64,000 bases of DNA. Origin: Chloroflexota bacterium. GTDB taxonomy: Bacteria > Chloroflexota > UBA6077 > SHYK01. Every line of letters starts with the position of its first letter. The first letter of the stretch is position 1. Made by a program: the position numbers and the translations under genes. Positions 58,745 through 64,000 of the stretch are shown here, one piece after another. A model generated the notes under the pieces. That model had not been told where the DNA came from. It saw only the letters and a list, made by a program, of their open reading frames with translations, and searched no databases. The stretch spans positions 180,400 through 244,399 of the forward strand of contig SHYK01000001.1 in assembly GCA_009692845.1 (NCBI GenBank), written 5' to 3'.

Positions 58745-59883
58745 GCTCGGTCCGCTGGCGGCGGTCCTTCGCCGCGGCGGCCGTGGCGGGGTTTGTTCTA
58801 GTCTCCGGCTGCGGCTTCGGCGCCAAAAGCTCCACGCCGGCCCACAGCCCGGAGGCGGGCGTGCACGTCTTCCTGTGGGGCAATTTCGACACCAGCCAGC
58901 GGGATGTGAAGCTCGCCAAAGAGGGCGGCTTTGGGTGGGTCAAGCAGCGGTTTGAGTGGCGGTACATCGAGGGCGGAGCCAAGGGACGATTCGAGTGGAA
59001 CGAGCCGGACCGCATCATGAAGGCGGTCGACGACGCCGGGCTCAAGGTGGTGGTACGGCTAGATAACCAGCCGGCTTGGGCACGCGCGGACGGCATTTTC
59101 CCCCAGAGCGGCCCAGCGGACCGACTCAGCGACTGGACCGACTATCTGACTGCCGTGGCCACTCGATATAAGGGGCGCATTGCGGGGTACCAGATCTGGA
59201 ATGAGCCGAACCTGGCGGTGGAGTGGGGAGGCAAGACGCCGAACGCCGCCGAATACACGCAGTTGCTGATAGCCAGCTACCAGGCGATCAAGCGAGCAGA
59301 CCCGCAGGCGGTGGTCATCACGGCCGGGTTGTCCCCAACCACCGATACCAGCCCGTCCGCTCGGCCGGACGTGCAGTACCTGAAGGAAATGTACGCGGCG
59401 GGCGCGAAGGGAAGCTTCGACCTGCTCGGTGCGCATGGAGCGGGGTTCAAGGCGGAGCCGGAAGCCGATCCGGCGGTGGTGGCGCTGGACCCGAGTCTGA
59501 CCAATAACGATCCGAGCGCGCCCGAGCTCAAGCGGATCTACACTTTCCGTCACGTTGAAGACTTGCGCAAGGTGATGGTCGATCAGGGGGATTCCGACCA
59601 CAAGATGGCCATTCTGGAGATGGGGTGGACGAGCGACCCCCGGGCGGACTCACCCTACCGGTGGCACAGCGTTACCGAGGATCAGAAGGCCGATTACCTG
59701 GTCAGGGCGTTTCGGTATGCGTGGGCGAACTGGAGCTACGTCGCTTTCATGACGGTTCTCTATATTCCGGATCCCACCTGGACCCGCAGCCAAGAACAAC
59801 TCTACTGGAGCATCACCAATCCGGATGGGAGCGCCCGCCCGGCCTACCGATCGTTACAAACCGCACTGTTCAGCAAGACATAG
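58741..59883 (+). CDS. clan GH-A glycoside hydrolase lipoprotein (paralog of preceding gene)
   Basis: TTG start overlapping the previous stop gives LSSVRWRRSFAAAAVAGFVLVSGC (RR plus lipobox). YQIWNEPN and ILEMGWTSD, same catalytic motifs. YLKEMYAAGAK shared with its paralog. Confidence 0.55.
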   Translation: MSSVRWRRSFAAAAVAGFVLVSGCGFGAKSSTPAHSPEAGVHVFLWGNFDTSQRDVKLAKEGGFGWVKQRFEWRYIEGGAKGRFEWNEPDRIMKAVDDAGLKVVVRLDNQPAWARADGIFPQSGPADRLSDWTDYLTAVATRYKGRIAGYQIWNEPNLAVEWGGKTPNAAEYTQLLIASYQAIKRADPQAVVITAGLSPTTDTSPSARPDVQYLKEMYAAGAKGSFDLLGAHGAGFKAEPEADPAVVALDPSLTNNDPSAPELKRIYTFRHVEDLRKVMVDQGDSDHKMAILEMGWTSDPRADSPYRWHSVTEDQKADYLVRAFRYAWANWSYVAFMTVLYIPDPTWTRSQEQLYWSITNPDGSARPAYRSLQTALFSKT

Positions 59884-60029
59884 CACGAACGACGTCCATC
59901 AGAGGATCGGCGGAAACAGCACGGGGAACTGAGCCCGCCTCGGGCGACGGAGACCCGCCCTCAGCCGCACCCCAAGCCACCGCGCAGCCCTCTCCTAGAG
60001 GGAGAGGGGGAGTCCCGCGGCCTCTCTTG

Positions 60030-62285
60030 GTGGATGCGCTGCTGGTGATTCTCCTGGGCAGCTCGCCGTTTATTCCATTCTGGCAGCTTTTTTCGGCGGA
60101 CCCGGCCACCCAAATGACGGTTGTGGACGGCGATTTTACTGAGGAATACTTTCCGGTGCTGCTCACCGCGACTCGAGCGCTGAAGGCGGGCCAATGGCCG
60201 CTGTGGAATCCGGATTCCAATGGCGGGCAGCCTTTGCTGGCGGATCCTCAGACGGCCCTGTTTTACGCGCCGACCTGGTGGGCGCTGAGCGGAATTCACG
60301 GCCCGAATGGTGAGTCGGTGGTTGCACTCGAGCGCCTGATCCCGCTTCATCTTGGACTGGCGGCGGGCTTCACTTATCTGCTTGGACGGGTGCTGCTGGC
60401 CTCCCGGCTGGCCGCGGCGGTGGCGGCGATCGTCTTTACCTTTTCCGGGTTCCTTACCTCCTACCCAATCGAGCAGCTGCCGATCTTGCGGGTCGCGGCA
60501 TGGTTTCCGCTCCAGCTCGCGCTGTTTTGGATGGCCTTGGAACGCTCGCTCTTACCGTGGGCGGCGTTGGCCGGGGTTGCGATGGGCATAGGAGTGCTGG
60601 CCGGCCACCCTCAAACGTCTTTCCTGGAAGGCGTGGGGCTAGTCACCGTGGGAGCGGCCTGGCTCGCTCAAGGTTGGAGTGAAGGGAGGAGATCCGCTGG
60701 CTGGAGAAGACTGGCGGGTGCGCTGGCACTTTCGGCGCTCGTGGCGCTCGGAGTGGCCGCCATCCAATTGGTACCCACTTACGAATTCTTGCGGGTTTCG
60801 AACCGATCGGAAGTGAACTTTGCATTCTTGGCCGGCGGGTTCACTCTGTGGGAATTGCCGCTGGACATTGTGGCCCCGCGGATTCTGGGCGGGAGCCCCC
60901 CCTACGTGGGTATCTTCCCGCTGGTGCTGGCGGCGGTGGGATTGGCATTGCGGCGGTCCCGGGTCCACGGGGTGGCCCTCACGCTGGCCCTGGCCGGGCT
61001 GGTGCTGTCGACGGGTGCCCATACTTTCGTCTATCCGGCGCTGTACAACCTGGTCCCGGTGTTCGATGTGTTTCGGGGGCAGGAACGATCAATCATGCTG
61101 TTCAGTATGGGGATGGCGCTCCTGGCCGGGAGCGGCGCGGCTACGCTCGCAGGCCGAATGGATCGAGAGGACCTGCGACGCCTGAGGCCAATTACGGGTG
61201 CGGTTGGGCTCGCTTTGCTGCTGGGGGTCGGGTTTGGGATTGGGCTGTATTGGCGGTCTCAGGACGTACCTGGAGCTGATGGGGGTGCTCGGTGGGCAGA
61301 AGTGACCCGATGGGTGGCTTTTCTGTGGGCGATGATCACGGGTAGCCTCTTGCTTCTGTTACTCCGAAGCCATTGGGGCGCGGTCCAGCATGTGCTACCG
61401 GTCCTCATTTGCGCCTTCATCGCGGTCGATTTGCTGGCGGTCGGGTGGCACGCGCACCTGGACCAGCGGCGGGCGGATGACGTTTATCCTCCATCGTTGT
61501 TGATTGATCGGGCGCTGAGCGATCTGGGGACGAGTCGGGCTTATGACGATTGGGTGCTGAAAGGAAACCATGGCGAGGCGTATGGACTGCCCACGGTGAC
61601 CAGAACTTTTCCGCTCCACCTCGAACGGTTCGAGCAGGCGACCGCACAGCTCAAAATGGAGAAACTGTTTGATTTGCTGAACGTGCGCTACTTGGCCACG
61701 TGGCAACCGCCTTCCCCAACCAGACGGGCGATCGCCGAGCAGCCGAGCAAAGATGGGCCTCGCTTTCTCTATAGCCGGACAAACCCGGGGCCGGCCTGGA
61801 TGGTTGCAGAGTCGCAGTTCGCGCCCACCCCAGGAGCGGCCTTGGGCATGGTAGGCAGGGATGATTTCGACCCGCGGGCACTCGCCATCATTGAAGGGGT
61901 GGACGAGAGGGGGACGGCCCCGGCCGGTCCGGGCCGAGTCATTTCCTATGAGCGGAACTGGAACCAGATCACGGCCGTGGCGGAGGCACCCGGAGGCGGG
62001 TATCTGGTCATCAGCGAGCTGCCGTATCCGAGCTGGGAAGCAACGCTGGACGGAGCACGGGTGTCGCTGGTGGCGGCAGACTACCTTTTGCAAGCAGTGT
62101 GGGTCCCCCCGGGGACGCACCAGCTGATGCTCAATTTTTCAATGGCCTCGGTTCAGTGGGGAGCGCTACTCAGTGGGGTCACATGGTTGGGCTTGATCGG
62201 TTTCGGTCTCGGGTCGCGATTCTTGGGATGGAGGAGACGGGCTGGCCGGGAGCTCCAGGCCGCCTATGCCAATAATGTCGCTTAG
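60030..62285 (+). CDS. YfhO-family polytopic membrane protein (putative GT-C glycosyltransferase)
   Basis: ~750 aa, ≥12 TM. N-terminal LLVDALLVILLG...VVDGDFTEEYFPVLLTATRALKAGQWPLWNPDSNGGQPLLADPQTALFYAPTWWAL. GTG 60030 preceded by a GAGGGAGAGGGGGA RBS. Tool start 59625 rejected. Confidence 0.5.
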   Translation: MDALLVILLGSSPFIPFWQLFSADPATQMTVVDGDFTEEYFPVLLTATRALKAGQWPLWNPDSNGGQPLLADPQTALFYAPTWWALSGIHGPNGESVVALERLIPLHLGLAAGFTYLLGRVLLASRLAAAVAAIVFTFSGFLTSYPIEQLPILRVAAWFPLQLALFWMALERSLLPWAALAGVAMGIGVLAGHPQTSFLEGVGLVTVGAAWLAQGWSEGRRSAGWRRLAGALALSALVALGVAAIQLVPTYEFLRVSNRSEVNFAFLAGGFTLWELPLDIVAPRILGGSPPYVGIFPLVLAAVGLALRRSRVHGVALTLALAGLVLSTGAHTFVYPALYNLVPVFDVFRGQERSIMLFSMGMALLAGSGAATLAGRMDREDLRRLRPITGAVGLALLLGVGFGIGLYWRSQDVPGADGGARWAEVTRWVAFLWAMITGSLLLLLLRSHWGAVQHVLPVLICAFIAVDLLAVGWHAHLDQRRADDVYPPSLLIDRALSDLGTSRAYDDWVLKGNHGEAYGLPTVTRTFPLHLERFEQATAQLKMEKLFDLLNVRYLATWQPPSPTRRAIAEQPSKDGPRFLYSRTNPGPAWMVAESQFAPTPGAALGMVGRDDFDPRALAIIEGVDERGTAPAGPGRVISYERNWNQITAVAEAPGGGYLVISELPYPSWEATLDGARVSLVAADYLLQAVWVPPGTHQLMLNFSMASVQWGALLSGVTWLGLIGFGLGSRFLGWRRRAGRELQAAYANNVA

Positions 62286-62292
62286 GCCGCTC

Positions 62293-64000
62293 ATGCGAGC
62301 GGTGCGGAGCAAGTGGCGGGCGATCCTCCTGGATGCGCTCGCCGTGGTCGGGCTCGCATTGCTTCCGCAGCTGTATTTCTGGCGACTTTTCCCGGTCCAT
62401 CCGACCGACCAGAAGACCCTGGTAGATGGCGACCTCAACCAGGAGCATTTCCCGATCATGGTCACGGTGGCCCGGGCGCTGAGCGAGGGGCAGCTGCCGT
62501 TGTGGAACCCATATTCGAATGGAGGGCAGCCGTTGCTCGCCGATCCGCAGGCGGCGCTCTTCTATCCGCCGACCTGGTGGGCGCTCAGCGGAGTCCACGG
62601 ATTCGATGGTGACTCGTTCCTGGCCCTGGAGCGGCTCATTCCATTCCACTTCAGCCTGCTTGGAACCTTCATGTACGCGCTGGGGCGAGTGCTGCTCCGG
62701 TCCCGAATCGCCGCCGTCGTGGCAGCGATTGCTTTCACCTATTCGGGATTCGTCACCGCCTATCCAGTTCAGCAGCTACCCATTCTGAGAGCTATCGCCT
62801 GGCTTCCGCTGCAAGTGCTGGGGTTGTGGCTGGGGTTGGAGCGGCGGAGCCTCGGTTGGGCGCTCTTCGCGGGGGTCGCGCTCGGGATCGCCGGCCTGGC
62901 GGGACACCCACAGACGGTTTTTCAGGAGAGCCTGGTGCTTGCCTGCGTGGCCGCGGTGTGGGCCTACCAGAATCGGGCCGGCGGACGGTCCATGGCGGAA
63001 GTAACGTGGCCGCTCCAGGCGCTAGTAGTGGTGGGGATGGTGGCGGTGGGCCTCGCGGCGGTCCAGTGGGTCCCGAGCCTCGAGTTCTTGCAGCGCTCCA
63101 ATCGGGCCGAGCTCGACTACGCTTTTGTATCGGGCGGCTATGCCTTCTGGGAGCTACCGATGGACCTGCTCGCGCCGCGAGTGCTGGGCGGTCTGCCCGT
63201 CTACGTCGGAATTGTCCCGCTCATTCTGGCCGCCGCCGCGGTGATGCTCCGCAGCAGTCGGGTGCACGGCCTGGCCCTGGTGCTCGGCACGCTGGGGCTG
63301 ATCCTTTCGCTCGGGGGCAACAGCTTCGCCTACTCGGGAGCCTACCGCTTCGTGCCGGGGTTTGCCGTCTTTCGCGATCAGGAGCGAGCCATCTTCATGT
63401 TCGCGTTTGGGGTAGCCATGCTGGCTGGGAGTGGCGCGGCGCTGCTGGCCGGGGAACTGAGCCGGGTCGACCTGCGTCGGATCAATCGGCTGCTGAAGGC
63501 GCTGAAATGGGTGCTGTTCGCCGCGCTGGCGGTGGGGGCCGGCTTGTACGTGGCTCAGATCAGCGCCGAGGTGAGCGAGCAGGGATTCCTCCGTTGGCGC
63601 TCCATCGTTGGCTCGTTCTTCTTCTTTGTGCTGCTGCTCGGGTTTGGGATCGGTCTCCTGCTCATGCGAACAAGGGTGATCAGTGCGCGGGCGATATTCG
63701 TGCCGCTCACGGTGGGGCTGGTCATCCTGGACCTGTTCACTGTCAGTTGGGACCAACCCTTGCAGGATACTTTTCCAAACGACCTGTTTAAGGCTTCCCA
63801 GATTGTGAATCGGGCAGTCGCCGATGTGGGAGCGGGGCGGGCGGTGGACGAGGGCGTGCTGAATGGGTATCACGGGCTAATCTATGGGCTGCCCAGCATC
63901 AACAAGATATTGGCGATTCACCTAGAGCGGTTCGAGCTGGCTACGGAGCGGGTTCCCCAGGCTCGACTCTGGGATCTGCTCAATGTGGGACTCGTGGTGA
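62293..64000 (+). CDS. YfhO-family membrane protein, paralog (3'-truncated by window edge)
   Basis: Frame translated by hand from ATG 62293 to 64000 with no stop. MRAVRSKWRAILLDALAVVGL...LVDGDLNQEHFPIMVTVARALSEGQLPLWNPYSNGGQPLLADPQAALFYPPTWWAL, roughly 45% identical to the preceding gene. Confidence 0.5.
   Translation, partial: MRAVRSKWRAILLDALAVVGLALLPQLYFWRLFPVHPTDQKTLVDGDLNQEHFPIMVTVARALSEGQLPLWNPYSNGGQPLLADPQAALFYPPTWWALSGVHGFDGDSFLALERLIPFHFSLLGTFMYALGRVLLRSRIAAVVAAIAFTYSGFVTAYPVQQLPILRAIAWLPLQVLGLWLGLERRSLGWALFAGVALGIAGLAGHPQTVFQESLVLACVAAVWAYQNRAGGRSMAEVTWPLQALVVVGMVAVGLAAVQWVPSLEFLQRSNRAELDYAFVSGGYAFWELPMDLLAPRVLGGLPVYVGIVPLILAAAAVMLRSSRVHGLALVLGTLGLILSLGGNSFAYSGAYRFVPGFAVFRDQERAIFMFAFGVAMLAGSGAALLAGELSRVDLRRINRLLKALKWVLFAALAVGAGLYVAQISAEVSEQGFLRWRSIVGSFFFFVLLLGFGIGLLLMRTRVISARAIFVPLTVGLVILDLFTVSWDQPLQDTFPNDLFKASQIVNRAVADVGAGRAVDEGVLNGYHGLIYGLPSINKILAIHLERFELATERVPQARLWDLLNVGLVV

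Noticed and set aside
59625-60029. Upstream extension of the first YfhO-like ORF (tool start 59625)
   Set aside because: It overlaps the 3' end of the second glycoside hydrolase gene by ~260 nt. The paralog alignment and a strong purine-rich RBS support a GTG/TTG start near 60030.
1-64000. CRISPR arrays, rRNA genes, insertion sequences
   Set aside because: No regularly spaced direct repeats with unique spacers, no rRNA-like conserved blocks, and no transposase motifs (DDE/HTH) were seen on either strand.

Overview
This 64 kb window is a high-GC (~65-70%) bacterial chromosomal segment. It is densely coding on both strands with GGAGG-type ribosome-binding sites, and looks like ordinary core chromosome interleaved with a few accessory patches. 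All calls below rest on motifs read by eye; no database searches were run.

Recognisable genes:
- 1-785: aldo/keto reductase, truncated at the window's 5' edge.
- 770-2284: murE-type Mur ligase.
- 2281-3416: a membrane-anchored GGDEF diguanylate cyclase, split by a frameshift in a C7 run.
- 3493-5199: an ABC family-5 solute-binding lipoprotein.
- 5200-10729, minus strand: a xanthine-dehydrogenase-family molybdenum enzyme (CoxS-like 2Fe-2S subunit plus CoxL-like Mo subunit), followed by a TAT-exported dienelactone hydrolase and a NuoE/NuoF-like NAD(H)-flavoprotein pair. No CoxM-type FAD subunit is present.
- 10862-16452: a glycosyltransferase island (GT2, two GT4) interrupted by a divergent GAPDH-family dehydrogenase and two P-loop kinases.
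- 17093-21126: two DinB/DinB_2 proteins, a FapA/DUF342-like protein, tRNA-Pro(GGG) with its terminator, a frameshifted terminase-like nuclease remnant, and an FmdB zinc-ribbon protein.
- 22263-27626: MidA/NDUFAF7-like methyltransferase, DEAD-box helicase, a DUF4349-like lipoprotein and an MFS transporter. MidA and MFS, like the FmdB protein above, carry short in-frame tandem repeats.
- 28315-33927: an mhpB/mhpC-like meta-cleavage pair (LigB-family dioxygenase plus C-C hydrolase) split by a 46-bp perfect palindrome, a second alpha/beta hydrolase, aspartate dehydrogenase-like protein and a ThDP enzyme.
- 34020-37593: a small membrane protein, a radical-SAM enzyme with extra N-terminal Cys motifs, Lgt, and a Gfo/Idh/MocA oxidoreductase.
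- 37697-42290: APH-like kinase, an internally duplicated VOC protein, 7Fe ferredoxin, HAD-IIA hydrolase, a membrane protein and DUF503.
- 42437-42534: tRNA-Sec (selC).
- 42729-48862: gltB and gltD.
- 49115-50219: a decayed copy of the GltB C-terminal domain, then a ParE/RelE toxin with its antitoxin.
- 50377-55803: a GlcG/DUF336 protein, a polytopic membrane glycosyltransferase-like protein, a duplicated ThyX-fold protein and an L-lactate permease.
- 55880-64000: a solitary nucleotidyltransferase, two tandem clan GH-A secreted/lipoprotein hydrolases, and two tandem YfhO-like membrane proteins, the last running off the window.

No CRISPR array, rRNA or intact mobile element was seen.
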